A stretch of 64,000 nt of DNA from Callorhinchus milii. Lineage: Eukaryota. A model generated the notes under the pieces. That model worked only from the letters and a program-made list of their open reading frames with translations, had not been told where the DNA came from and did not search any database. This document shows positions 24,926-37,658 of the stretch, piece by piece. The number at the start of each line of letters is the position of its first letter. Position 1 is the stretch's first letter. The position numbers and the translations under genes were made by a program. The stretch covers positions 96,660,001 to 96,724,000 of the forward strand of contig NW_024704742.1 in assembly GCF_018977255.1 (NCBI RefSeq). The letters run 5' to 3'.

Positions 24926-25289
24926 TGTAGTGTTCAACTTTATTATCTCAGCATAATTTTATTGACAAGCAAATAAATTACACCATTATTTTTAAAATTT
25001 TCCACTTCAAGTTTCACCTTCTGGTACTAACTCGCTTTGAGATTCATTTCCACAGGGTGCTGTCTTCCTCCTGGACTTCTGTTCTTTTTGTGGAGACTTG
25101 TATGATGAGCTGCAGGAACATCAAAGGCATTGCAAGTACATGAAGGTTGAGCAGTGCTTTATGCAATAATAGTTATCACCTTTGTTGAAATCTGACAGTA
25201 GAATATTCTTAATAAATTTACAATATACATAAGAGGATTAATATGATTCGAAACACAAGATATTTGCCGTTCCTACCTTAATGCATGTT

Positions 25290-25527
25290 TTTAGTGCGCC
25301 ATTGGTGTCTGCACTTTCAGCCACTACGCCCCGAAAATCTGGAATACTCTTCCTCTATCCCTCCACCTTGCCCCTTCCTTCCCCATCTGAAGACCTACGT
25401 ATTCGACCATACCTACGGTCACCTTCCCCTCCCCCGTCTCCGCGTCATGCTCCGTCACTGTCAAACGCTCTGGGATGCTACCCTGCGTGATGGACGCTAT
25501 ATAAATGAAAGCCGTTGTTGTTGTTTT
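25290..25527 (+). mobile_element. L2 3' end
   Basis: TTCAGCCACTACGCCCCGAAAATCTGGAA...CGCTATATAAATG..(GTT)n. Confidence 0.88.
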
Positions 25528-26999
25528 GATCTGTAAGACTCTCATCTGTACACCCCAATCAAAATATATCCAAATGTCTATTTCTATACAGGTAACTTGG
25601 AAAAAAAGGTTTTAAAGTGTGTATTATTAAGTGGAAAGTTCAACATATATGAAATGAAAATCCCACTGCACAATTTGAAAAGAGCAGGAAGTTTCTCCCA
25701 GTGTCCTGGCTAACAATCTTTCAGCTAAAAGTGGGGTTGTTTATGAAACATTGCTATGCATAAATTGGCTGCCACATGCGCAGTTACTAAACATTACAGT
25801 AAAATCCTGTGAAATGCTTCAATACATTTTGATGACTTGGTAAGACACTATATCAAATGCGAAAAAGTCATACTAATAATCCTTGCATTTGATACAGCAC
25901 CTTATCATGTCATTGAGACATCTCAATACAAGGATTATTATTAGATAGTTGTTGAAACAACAGGAATGCTGTGATTGACTCTTGTTGCTAGAACCCCCCG
26001 GCATGCTCATTCTGAAGGTTTATTTGGAACTTTAATCGTTCGTTCTCGTTTCTGCTGCTGGTGTGACTGTCATTTCAAAACATAAATCAGTGCATTACAG
26101 CACATTATTTTATCTTATTAAATTACTTCCAATCCAGCAATCTGCTGACTGATCTGTGGCAATATTGGCTTCCAGGTATTTGTATGCTGGGCACCTAGCG
26201 TGCCAGAACTGGTACTATAAAACTTGAGAATTAGGTTCACGTTGGACACTGTTATTGGTCAGATTTACAATTATCTTTGTGTGGCCTAATTATGTAAGCT
26301 CCATCGTTCATCGGAGGAAACTATGTTCATCTATAAATGCAAGAAAATATCCTGAGGATCATTTTAAGCTATGTCAATAAATGAAATAATGGTAATTTGT
26401 CAGAAGAGCCCTCTATGGTTAGAATTATTGCACTCAGTCTGTCATCTAATGCAAAAGTCCACTTCAATTTCAAAGGCTTTATTCAATATTTTAATTTATT
26501 AGTTTTATTTAAGATAATCATTGAATGTGTGGAGCCATACTGTGTTTTCTCAAGAACGATTAGAGCTGATAGCAGTTCTCTGTGTGTAATGGGAGGAGAA
26601 CTGATTGCAATCCATAATGAAAGTAGTTAATATTGGGCCATATCATGAGTAAATTGATTACAGTAGAGTAGTTACTGCTACATAATGGATCCAGTTGATA
26701 ATAATCATTGTGTAAGTAGAGTATACAACATTCTGTAACATAAGTGAAGTTGATAGTGGTTGAAAATGGGACTAAACCTAGTAACAGATATAGAGCTGAT
26801 TGCCAACATCAGCAGAACAGAAGTGATTGAGGAAATAGTGGATGGTTCTTTGTAGAATTAGAGCCTATGGTTACTATGTCAAAACGTTCAATGGCCAACA
26901 ATACTTTAAGACGAACATTGCTTTAAGAATATTTTCATGACAGGAGAAAAAATAATTCCATTGCTTTCGACTCAAAAGGAATGCAATAATGAAAGGACC

Positions 27000-28148
27000 T
27001 ACCTCAGTGGAACCGCACTCGCTTGGTTCGAGTCCTACCTCACAACCGCCAGCAGTACATCTGCACAAACTGCTTCTCCTCCCGCTCTCACCCGGTCACC
27101 TGCGGGGTACCCCAAGGATCCATCCTTGGCCCCCTCCTCTTTCTGATCTATATGCTCCCTCTTGGGGATGTCATCCGCAGACATGGGGTACATTTCCACA
27201 TGTATGCGGACGACACCCAACTCAATTTTTCCACCTCTCTTTGTGACCCCCAGTCCCCTGATGTTCTGTCAGGCTGCCTGTCAGACCTCGGGAGCTGGAT
27301 GAATGCAAATTTCCTTCAGCTGAACGTTGACAAGACGGAAGCCATACTCTTTGGCTCTCGTCAACGTCTAAAATCTCATGGCTCTCACCTCCTCCACCTA
27401 CCCGACCTCCCCCTAAAACTCTCCAAACCCGTACGCAACCGAGGCGTCAGGTTCAACCCCCAATTATTCTTCCGCCCCCACATACAGTCCCTCACCAGCA
27501 CCGCCTTCTTCCACCTCCGACGCATCGCCCGCCTCCGCCAATACCTCTCTCCAAAAGCCGCTGAAACCCTAGTCCATGCCTTTGTCACCTCTCACTGGAC
27601 TATTCCAACGCCCTCCTCACCGGCCTCCCCTCCACTACCATCCATAAAATCCAAATCATTCAAAACTCTGCCGCCCGCATTCTCACCCGCACCAAACTCC
27701 GCTCCCCTATCACCGCAGTCCTTGCCAGACTGCACTGGCTGCCTGTCCCAGAGAGGATCGACTTCAAGATCCTCACCCATGTATTCAAATCCCTCCACTC
27801 CTCTGCAGCCTCCTACCTCTCTGATATCCTCTCTCCTCAAAACAGTACCCGTTGCCTTCGTTCCTCCGGGTCTGGCCGTTTCCTCATCCCCCGAGTCCTC
27901 CGCTCCTCCCTCGCCAGCCGTGCCTTCAGCCACTATGCCCCGAGGCTCTGGAATTCCCTTCCTCACTCCCTTTGCCTCGCTCCCTCTCTTTCTATTTTCA
28001 GGTCTCTGCTGAAGTCCTTTCTTTTCGACCGCGCCTTTGGTCACCTTCCTCCCCCTCCCCCTGGCTTGGCCCCGGGATCCGTTACTGTGAAGCGCTCTGA
28101 GACGCCGTCCGGCGTGGAGGGTGCTATATAAATCCAAGTTGTTGTTGT
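27000..28148 (+). mobile_element. L2 LINE, 5'-truncated, RT C-terminal half (frameshifted)
   Basis: GVPQGSILGPLLFLIYM...HMYADDTQL...FLQLNVDKTE...TLVHAFVTS; frameshift near 27595; tail ends CCAAGTTGTTGTTG. Confidence 0.96.
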
Positions 28149-28291
28149 AAATAAAATGTTACTAGCATCCAATAATGGTAATAATTGCATTGAAACAGTG
28201 CCATGTCACATCATCCTTGTGTACAGTGTATACATAGTGTAGGCTGAAACATCAAGGTGTTCTAATGTTACCTCTGTCTTGATTCTTCCCA

Positions 28292-28656
28292 CTCAGCTCC
28301 TGTTAACCCGGCAAACCACAGCCCTAACAGGGAGGGTGGTCCTAGCTGGACAAGCAGCAGGAAAGCTTGTCAGGCAATGCTCTTAATGGCAAGCTATGTG
28401 CTTTAGCTGGTTAGACTCCAGCAATATCCAACGCACACTCTAGTGTCCCCAAACCTTGGCTCTTGCCAAACAACACCTAATAATTTATGGAATCAGGATG
28501 CTTCCCTCCAGGGAAAGAGTGCGCATTCCATTCCAATAATCTATCTCTAGAATTTCCATGAGTAGGTGGGATGCATGGAAACCTCATATTGGTTTGGACA
28601 CTCGTAAGCATCATGACAGGTTTCCGCATGTGTCAAACATGCGGCTGACCAAAAAA
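28292..28656 (+). mobile_element. Family X, copy 2 (3' part)
   Basis: Aligns to 1757-1955 + 2281-2458; ends GGCTGACCAAAAAA. Confidence 0.8.
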
Positions 28657-28819
28657 TATATTTTCACCCTTAGGGAAGATTGATTGGAGCCAACAGAATG
28701 ACACCAATGTGATTTAATGAAAATCCAGTTTGGCTTTATTGCCTAACCAGGGTCTGTTCAGTCTGCCAGAGAAAAGAGCAGATTGCTGGTGTGTACAGAT
28801 TACAAAGAATGTGCAGCCC

Positions 28820-29480
28820 AACGAGTGGCCCAGTGTTTAAACCCCTTCATGTCCTCGCACCTCCCTACCTTTCCGACTTGCTCACCACCAACTCCACCAC
28901 CCGCTGCCTCCTCTCGGCTGGCTCCGGTCTCCTGTTCGTCCCTCACCCCTTCCGCTCCACCAGCCGCACTTTTAGTCACTATGCTAAAATAGTTGTTAAA
29001 AGAAACAGAGATGGAGGTGAGGAGAAATGTTTTCACACAGTGAGTTGTTTGGATCTGGAATACATTGCCTGAAAGGGTGGTGGAAGCCGATTCGATAACA
29101 ACTTTTGAGAGAGAAGTAGATAATTATTTGGGGAGGACAAGTTTGCAGGGCTATGGGGAGAGAGCGGGGGTGTGGGATTGATTTGGATAGCTCTTTTTAA
29201 AAGCCGGCACAGACACGATGGGCCGAATGGCCTCCTTCTGTGCTGTATAATTCTATAATTCTATGATACGCCCCAAAACTCTGGAACTCTCTCCCGAATT
29301 ACTCCGCCTTGCCCCCTCCCTCCCCACTTTCAAATCCCGCCTAAAGACCTTCCTTTTTGATGGTTCGTATGGTCACTTCCCCTCTCCCTCTCCCCCTGGC
29401 TCGGGGTCAGACTCCGCTGATAAGCATTCCGGGACGCTACCCAGCATGAAGGGTGTTATATTAAATGCAAGTTGTTGTTT
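28820..29480 (+). mobile_element. L2 3' fragment split by a CR1 3' end (about 28988-29265)
   Basis: L2 ...AGTCACTATGC| CR1 ...GATGGGCCGAATGGCCTCC..TTCTATAATTCTATGA |TACGCCCCAAAACTCTGG... L2 continues to GCAAGTTGTTG. Confidence 0.88.
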
Positions 29481-29764
29481 ATGGTCACACGAGTCTTCAC
29501 CTATTCCTTAAACCCACCCATATCCTTCGATTTCCTCTCTCCGTCTTTTGAAAGTATAGCTTCCTCTTGAATGCATTTTGACAATCTGATTCAACTACTG
29601 CTTTAGGCAGTAAATTCCGCAACCTCTGTGTGAAGTAGTTCCTCCTAGCTTCTTTTTTAGATCCCTTAGTCGCAGTGACAGAAGAAAACCCAGAAGGATA
29701 AGATGGGATACAATTCAACTTTTGGCTGTCCATGAGAGATAGAGATGTACATCATAACCTAAAA

Positions 29765-30110
29765 TTATAATAGCCCTTGCATTTGATATAGCCCCTTAAC
29801 ACATTGTTGAGATGCCTCAAAGCACTTCACAAAATATATCACAAAGTAGAGTGACTGTGTATTTTGTAGGCAAACCCAGCAGCCAATTTCCATACAGCAA
29901 TGTCCTACAAACAACCATGGAGTGATTGACCAATTTTATTTGGGGAATTGTTGGCCAAGACACCAGGATGAACTTCCTTCTCAATTCAAAATGTACCATG
30001 GGAGCTTCAATGTGCACCTGAAGTGCAGTTGTGACCTCAGTTTAACATCTCATCCAAAAGACGGCATCTGTAGCAATGCAGTACACCCCATTGCTGTAAG
30101 ACAGAATTAG
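29765..30110 (-). mobile_element. Older Deu-type SINE
   Basis: Tail, Deu part, then TTGGCCAAGACACCAGG...GTGCACCTGAA...GTTTAACATCTCATCCAAAAGACGGCA. Confidence 0.8.
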
Positions 30111-30961
30111 GAGGAACAACTGAATATTGTTCCTCTTTTATATTGTTAAAAATGTCAAATAAATACTTTGTAAAAAGAAATCTTCGAAGGAAAAGCACAG
30201 CAGGAATTGCTCTCATTTTGATTGTTGTGCAATTCAGAGCACACTTTGCCAAGAGAAACCCTGTTTATCTCATTAAAATGCTGATTGGAATTCAATTACC
30301 ATTAAGAAAAATGAACGGTAAAGATTACGGCTGTCAATGTAGCATTTACATTTGTTTCGTATTATTGACACTTATTGAATAAAGTCAATTTCCCCAAGTA
30401 CTAAAGACTAATTAAATGTATGAATCAGCCGAAGAATGTGATTGAGAAATTTCCTGTAAATGAATGAGGCTTAAATAAGCACTCTACAGAAGTGTTTTAA
30501 TTACCCCGTTGTTTGTCGTGTCATTTTGACTGTTTAAACTATGATTTAGGAGGAGCTCATTGCAAATCATTTCCTACTGTGTAATTATTAATTACAAAAT
30601 TGCAATTAGACAGCTGCTGGTTCACACCACACCAATCCGTGTGCACCGATGCTAAAACGATTACCAGCCTCACAAATTTACACTAACACCTTTCAGCAAA
30701 GGCTCCATTTTGAAGCATTAACCGTTTCATCTTTGTTTGTACTGTAGATATATCAGAATGTAAAAATGAGGGTTGCAAAAGGCCTTTAAGCCCACCAATG
30801 ACACATAGATTTAGCGTATGGAAGCAGGCCATTTAGTCTATACTCCACACAACTCCCTCCCCTCCTAATCCCCTCTCCCATATTTCTCTATACCCTGCTC
30901 TCTCATGTATGCATCAAGTTTCTTTGCACCCTCCACTCAGCTAACTTTGGCTTGCCTCGCG

Positions 30962-31232
30962 TTCCAGGCAGGTCAGGGCGAAACCTTGGGCAAGTTTCCT
31001 TACTCCACACGCCTAATAATAATCCCTCCAAAACCAAAAACAATAATAAATTGGTCATTTTCAATCTACGACTGTTTGTGGGACATTGCTGTGCGCAATT
31101 GGCTGCCGCGTTCGCCCATAAATATATAGTCAATTCACTTTACAGTGTGTTCTGTGAAGCGCTTTGGGACGTCCTCCCGACGTGAAAAGCACTATATCAA
31201 ATGCAAGGATTATTATTATTATTATTATTATT
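30962..31232 (+). mobile_element. SINE family A, young short subfamily, 5'-truncated
   Basis: Near-identical to the reverse complement of 56761-57082; (TTA)n tail. Confidence 0.95.
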
Positions 31233-31490
31233 ACACCCACTCCGCACCACCATCGGTGCCCAATTTTTCAGTTCCTATATCCCTTACTCCTGGAACTTCC
31301 TTCCTCTACCATTTAATTTTTCCTCCTCTGTTTTTACATTCTGTCTCAAATCCTACCTCTTCAAACACACCTATGGCCACCTCTTCCTCCCCCATCCCTT
31401 TTGCTCTGTATCCAACCCCAGCCCTGTAAGGCCCTCTGGGGCATTATCTTATATGAAGGACACTATATAAATGTAAGTTTTGATGCTGTT
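31233..31490 (+). mobile_element. L2 3' fragment
   Basis: CACCACCATCGGTG...TCCTACCTCTTC...CACTATATAAATGTAAG. Confidence 0.75.
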
Positions 31491-33209
31491 GGAATGTCGA
31501 TGCTTTCTGTTTCGAACCTGTCTTTTTTGATAATTCTCAACCCCTGCTTCTCGACAGAACCCTCCACTCTGCTCTTGCCAGAAACAAAGCTTGCTATCTT
31601 CTGAACTCATTTTTGTTTAGTTTCTACTGATAGAAAGCAATACGACATCACTTCCAATAGCAAAGTAATATGAATTGGGAAACAGCGTATTTTCTGCTTT
31701 AACTTGTTCTGTCCAATAAAACACTGGACATGGACAACACAGCACTAAAAGATAGCCAATTATCTTTTAATAACAATAATAATAATATAGAGACAGTTTG
31801 GCTTCATAGTAACACGAAAAAACAGTCTATCAAAGGTTCTAGGTCAAACCACTGGACCAGTCAGCTCAGTTCTCTCGAAGTGAAGCCTCAATGGTTCAAC
31901 ATTGTTCTTTATAATTTATGTGCAAATAAATATCTTTTGCTTCAGTCACTTTTATCTCAATTCTGTTTGAAGTACCGTAACAGCAGCCTCAAGGCAGACT
32001 CTTTATGATACCTCTTGTGGTGGTTTGTAAAGAATATCTATTCTGTCCCACTATTGTAATGTGATGTATGACTGGAACCAAGAAAGGGACATTGACAATA
32101 CCCTGTCCATTTGATAAGAAAGCTCAAATTACTTTTGAAGTCTAAAGATCACAGATATATTAAAGAAGGTAACCGAGCGTTGTTTTGACACTTAAGGATC
32201 TATAAGACTGTGTTTTCCACCAGCAGGCAATTCATTTATAAACTATTGTGTGAGTGGCATGAAGACACCAAAATCTTGTCCAAAGTGATGTGTGGGCTAT
32301 GAGAATTGAATTGTAATTCATCAGACCTTAATGGAAGGAAAAAAGATGCACATTGCAAGATGAATTCACCATCTCTAAACATAGGAGCTCACTTTACTTA
32401 CTGAGCTGCACATTGCAAACCAGAATAAATTAACCCAGGAGAAGCTTCTGACTGCTTTCGAGTGCATATATTGAGCCTATTTGTGTTTGCCTATAATTGT
32501 GTCTCTTCTTGCAATCTTGTGTGTTAGAACTAGTAGGTATGTTACTTTATATTGTTGGTCTGTGTTGGAAAGCTTGCTTCATTGTGTGAAGAAAGTCCAT
32601 GGAAATCCAGGATCATATTATTATGATAGTAGTAGGTAGTATCTAACTTTAGGTAACTTTAATAACTCCTAGGGAAGTATTAAAAGAGAGCAATGTTCTG
32701 TACAGGGCAATTGAAACATATGGAAGAATGACAGTAATTGTATTTAGAAGTACTTGATTGTATTTAGACGTCCAGAGGACTGGTGTGAGTGCCATCATTT
32801 CCATGGCAGATAATGATCCGTCGCCAAGTTCAGTGCAACATTTTCCTTAAAATGGATGGAGTGACAAGAAAAATTGCATCTCTGACAGCTTGTTTCAGCT
32901 CGTAGTCTCATATTGCTGTTTTGTTACAGGGCGGTTTGTCTACATTATCAGCTGTGAGGCTGTTACAGCTGCAAATTGTACACTCTGAATCTAAACAGTT
33001 TATACTCATATACACTGAATTGCAGCTGCCACCTATTAACTGAGCAACCCAAAATAATTGTTCCAATTCTGGGTTCATTCTTCCTCATTATTTCCTCTTC
33101 ACCGTAACAAGATCATCTACAGATTTCGCGATTTTGCTCAAGATACTCTCATTTGAGTCATTCATACATCTTAAAAAGAATTAGTGTCCCAAGTTTTTTT
33201 TTAGTCTGC

Positions 33210-33515
33210 TAGGTATCTGCTACATGCAAAAACCCATCACCATGATGAAAGAGTATCTCACCCAGACTAAGTTCTGTTCATGCCACCCACACATGGAAAT
33301 TCCCATGTCTAGAATGGAATACGTTCTCTCTCCTCAGAGGGATGTCCTCTGCTTCCGAAATTCCTGAAATTATTAGGCACAGGATGCCAAGGTTTGGGGA
33401 CCCCAGAGAGTGTGCTGTAGTTTAACCAGCTAAACTGCATAGCTTGTCATTGAGATCACTGGCTGGCAAGCTTATCCAGCTAGGACCACCCTAACCCATT
33501 AAAGCTTTGTCTTGC
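33210..33515 (-). mobile_element. Family X, copy 3
   Basis: CCAGCTAGGACCACCCT, CCAAGGTTTGGGGAC and CATGGAAATTC are reverse complements of family X blocks. Confidence 0.75.
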
Positions 33516-34394
33516 AAGAACTGAGTGGAAACAGTCCCTACCCCCAAGGTCCCAAGACTGACCTCTGATTATCATGCAAGAAATATTTTATTCTCTCTTC
33601 TCATTGATGAAATATTTTATTCACATTCCATTTCCGCTATTCTATGAGACCTTATCAAAAGCTTTCTCACTATCCAAGCATAATATCAACTGGGCTGCCC
33701 TTGTCCACCATGTCAACAATATTTTCAAAATAACCTGCAGATTGTTATTTAAATATGACCTTCCTTTTCTGAATCTCTCCCTTTCCTGAAGCTAACTGTC
33801 TTTTAACAATTTATGATTTTCCATGTATTGTTTCAAGTGTTAAAGCATTTCATAAAAATAAAATACAATACAGGGTTAATTTTTGGATTAATACTCATTG
33901 ATAAGAACAATGTAGGGAATTATCTTAAAGAATAATTCAATTCTTAAATCTTGTGCAGTAGAACAGTGTCTACCTTGTTATTGCTGGGAGTGTGTTTGGT
34001 TGTAAAAGGCTCCTACACTTTGATGAAATACCTCTGCATTTAATCAGCACATGAGCCATTTTTTTGCCTCATAAACTCCTGACAAATGGAAGTTATTGCT
34101 TAATTAAACTCATGTGTTTAGATGAAAGATTGGTATTTCAAACCATGAGAATGGAGGTCATTACTCTGATCCCCAACAGTGTATTTGTGCACGGAGAGTC
34201 AAACTAGTCAGTTAAATGAAAATTATTTGCATTAACAATGAGATTCAACTTTAGGTTGAAACCCAAATCAATCTAAATGAGGCAAATCCAGATAAATTTG
34301 AAATAAAATCAAAATTCTGATCCAATTTGGAGAGTTTGTCCTTGTAAACAAATTAATCTTGAGACATTTTAGAATAGTTTAATCTTAGAAGCAA

Positions 34395-34850
34395 AAGCAT
34401 AAGCAAAGACCATTCAGCTGTGCAAGGCTAAGATCACACTAGCTCAACCACTGGAACTGAACTAGCTACTGTAATCCCAATGCCCTGCTCTTTCCCTGTA
34501 CTCTTGTATATTTTGGAAAGGTTTCAAATTTTGTTATGATCTCAGTCATCGATAGCGACAAAGAATTACATGTTCTAGTAATCCTTTGTGTGAAAAAGCT
34601 TCTGCTAACCTCCCCCCTTAACCCATCCAGTGACAATCCCAAGCCTCTTTGTTACCAATTTACCTAGTACTGTAGCAGGAATATATTTTCACTATCTATC
34701 CTCTCAGAATTCCGATTCTCTACTAAATCCGGTCTTAACCTTCTCTGATCCAGTAGAAGCATAACATTTTTTTCAAGCCTATCCGTGGAACTATGACCCC
34801 TTCTCCCTGATATCACTTATGCAAACTTACACTACACTCTTTCCATGGTT
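34395..34850 (-). mobile_element. Old CR1 3' fragment
   Basis: CCCTGCTCTTTCCCTGTA...TGTGTGAAAAAG...CTTAACCTTCTCTGATCCAG. Confidence 0.6.
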
Positions 34851-35051
34851 ACAAAGATCTGAAATCTGAACGTGTTCAGCACTAACATGTATTTGAGCCA
34901 CTTATTTCCATGACACACAAAGGTTAGGGTCTATTAATCTTCATTATCCATTTCCCTGGTGGTCAAAAGAAGCTTTGTCTCCCTCTTTCCCATTAGACAC
35001 CCTATCAAACATTTTCAGATTCCCCTTTAAATCATTTGAAGTTGAGAGTAA

Positions 35052-35372
35052 AAATAATAATAAATAATAATCCTTGCATTTGATATAGCACTTTTCACAT
35101 CTTCTAGACATCTTAAAGCGCTTCACAGAATATACTGTAAAGTGAATTGACTGTATATTTGTGGGCGAAACGCGGCAGCCAATTGCGCACAGCAGTGTCC
35201 CACAAACAGTCATGGATTAAAAATGACCGATTTATTTTTTTTGGTTTTGGAGGGAATATTATTAGTCATATGGAGTAAGGAAACTTGCCCAAGGTTTCGC
35301 CCTGCCTGGAATTGAACCCAGGTGTCTCGTTTGCAAGGCGAGTGCTCCAACCACTGAGCTACAGAACTCCAC
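35052..35372 (-). mobile_element. SINE family A, full-length short form
   Basis: Complete head, Deu part and tail. Confidence 0.95.
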
Positions 35373-35919
35373 TCCTCTAGTAAAGAAAAACTTCCTGGTA
35401 TCTGCCCTGAAATAATTGCTCTTTGCAACTCTAAATCTAGGACCTCTTGTTTTACTTATAATAATAATAATAAAATGCAGTAGGTATGCATTTAACATTG
35501 CATAATCTTTATTTACTGTGCTGCAAAAGGTTTAGATTTGACAGGTCCATTTATGAAAAATGTATTGCCTGCATAAACAGGTCGCACTGTTTTCCAATTG
35601 GATAGCTAGTTTTATGACAAGAATTAAAAAAATTATGTTGCTTTAAACTAATTGGAAGGGACCTCTCTCTGCGCAAGATGACATTATGGAAGAAAATGAG
35701 AAAGGTTGTAGTTCCCAATGTCTTAATGTACATGAACCATACAGCATAATGGACTCTTGATATAAATTCACAAGGTTGAAAGAGGGCAGAAGAAGATTTC
35801 CCATGTAATATTATTTTTTTCAATTTTAAGTACAATACAATTTATATTTATATAGCACCTTTCACGTTGGGAGGACGTCTCAAAGTGCTTTGGAAATGAT
35901 TATTATCATCGTACGAACA

Positions 35920-36300
35920 ATGATTAGACAAATGATGCTTTTTCAGTCTTGAGAGAAGATGACTCAGAGGGGACGTCATAGTTTTAAAGTACACAAGTTT
36001 TAAATGGGACTAAAGAAGTAAACCGAAAACAATATTTTAGTATGCACCAAGAAAGTAGAACAAGAGGTCCTAGGTTTAGAGTTGCAAAGAGCAATTATTT
36101 CAGGGCAGATACCAGGAAGTTTTTCTTTACCAGAGGATAATTAATGAGCAGAACAGATTGCCAGTAAAGGTAATTGAGGCCAGAACACTGGACACATTTA
36201 AAAAGCAACTTGAAGCTGTGATGGGAGGATGCTAGGGTGGATGGGATGAGTTCAGATGGCCCGAAGGGCCTTCTTCATCCAAAACAATCTTGTGAACTTG
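35920..36300 (+). mobile_element. CR1 3' fragment
   Basis: FSLE.R.LRGD, SRTRG, FFFT.R-like coding remnants; GATGGCCCGAAGGGCCTTC 3' UTR hairpin. Confidence 0.8.
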
Positions 36301-36380
36301 TGATCAGTAATTATCATTTGTTTTGGTTCTGTTGTGTTTTTCTGGAGCACAAGAAAAAAGAGCACAAGAGCACAACAAAA

Positions 36381-36594
36381 AAAATAATCCCTCCAAAAAA
36401 CAAAACAATAATAAATTGGTCATTTTCAATCCACGACTGTTTGTGGGAAACTGCTGTGCGCAATTGGCTGCCGCGTTTCACCCACAAATATACGGTCAAT
36501 TCACTTTACTGTATATTCTGTGAAGCGCTTTGAGACATGTAGAAGATGTGGAAAGCGCTATATCAAATGCAAGGATTATTATTATTATTATTAT
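36381..36594 (+). mobile_element. SINE family A, 3' half
   Basis: AATAATCCCTCC...Deu part...(TTA)n. Confidence 0.9.
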
Positions 36595-36707
36595 ATAAGA
36601 AGGAGCCACTTATAGTCAAAGATATTTTCCTGCAGGGTAACTCCACAAACATGTTTTCACAGTTTGCTAACAATAAACACTATCATTTTTCTTCATCTAG
36701 AATATGC

Positions 36708-36825
36708 TGAGCGCAATTGGTTGCCGCGTTTCGCTCACAAAATATACAGTCAATTCACTTTACAGCGCTTTGAGATGTCTCAAAGACATGATAAGGCGCT
36801 ATGTCAAATGCAAGGATTATTATTA
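36708..36825 (+). mobile_element. SINE family A, 3' fragment
   Basis: GCGCAATTGGTTGCCGCG...GCAAGGATTATTATT. Confidence 0.85.
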
Positions 36826-37429
36826 TCACTATGGAAACTGACTATTCCTTATATTTGATAAATCGCCTTTCATTTCCAGAGGACCTTTCAAAGCATTTCA
36901 GAGGATTTACTATAAAGCGTACTGACTACTGACAGATACATCAACCAATTTGTGCACAGCAATACTTAGGGAACTTTTTATGTTACACATACAATATGAT
37001 GTGTGCTCATTGCTAGAAACCAACCCACCAATGCATCCTGCAAAAAAAACAATTTAAATTATTCAATCAAAATCCAGAGGAATATAATTTTTCACTGATC
37101 AACTTTCACCCCCAAAATGGGTATTTATAGTGAAAATCAATTAAAAAAAGTGACTTCAATGCTCAAATGCTACTACTTTAATGTGTTTTATATCATATTT
37201 CTGACTGAGTAAACCAGCAATTCAAGGTTTTTGAGGTCTGTTTGATCTGAGATAACCCAGATAATTCAGCTCAATCCCAGATTTGAACCAAAATTCAATA
37301 GTGTACGTAGAAAATGTGGCTGCACTGCATTTCTTATTGAGCAGTGTAACAGCTGGTTGCAGCTTGGAGGTTAACACAAACATTTGGGGAATGATGCCTC
37401 TAATATATGTATATATATATATACAAAAA

Positions 37430-37658
37430 GAAATTGGTCACTCAATCCATGACTGGGACGTCCTCCTGACGTGAAAGGCGCTTTATAAATGTGAATCTTG
37501 TTGTTGTTGTTTTTGGGACATTGCTGTGCACAATTGGCTGCCGCATTTCTCCCACAAAACATACAGTCAATCAATAAATTTACAATATATTCTGTGAAGC
37601 GTTTTGAGACGTCTTAATGATGCGATAAGTGCTACATCAAATGCAAGGATTATTATTA
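37430..37658 (+). mobile_element. SINE A 3' half with an L2 tail (37455-37511) inserted
   Basis: SINE GACTG|GGACGTCCTCCTGACGTG...(TTG)n|TTTTGGGACATTGC. Confidence 0.85.

Noticed and set aside
27023..28012. 329-aa ORF as a functional reverse transcriptase or host gene
   Set aside because: 5'-truncated L2 with a frameshift near 27595; lacks the N-terminal RT motifs and the endonuclease
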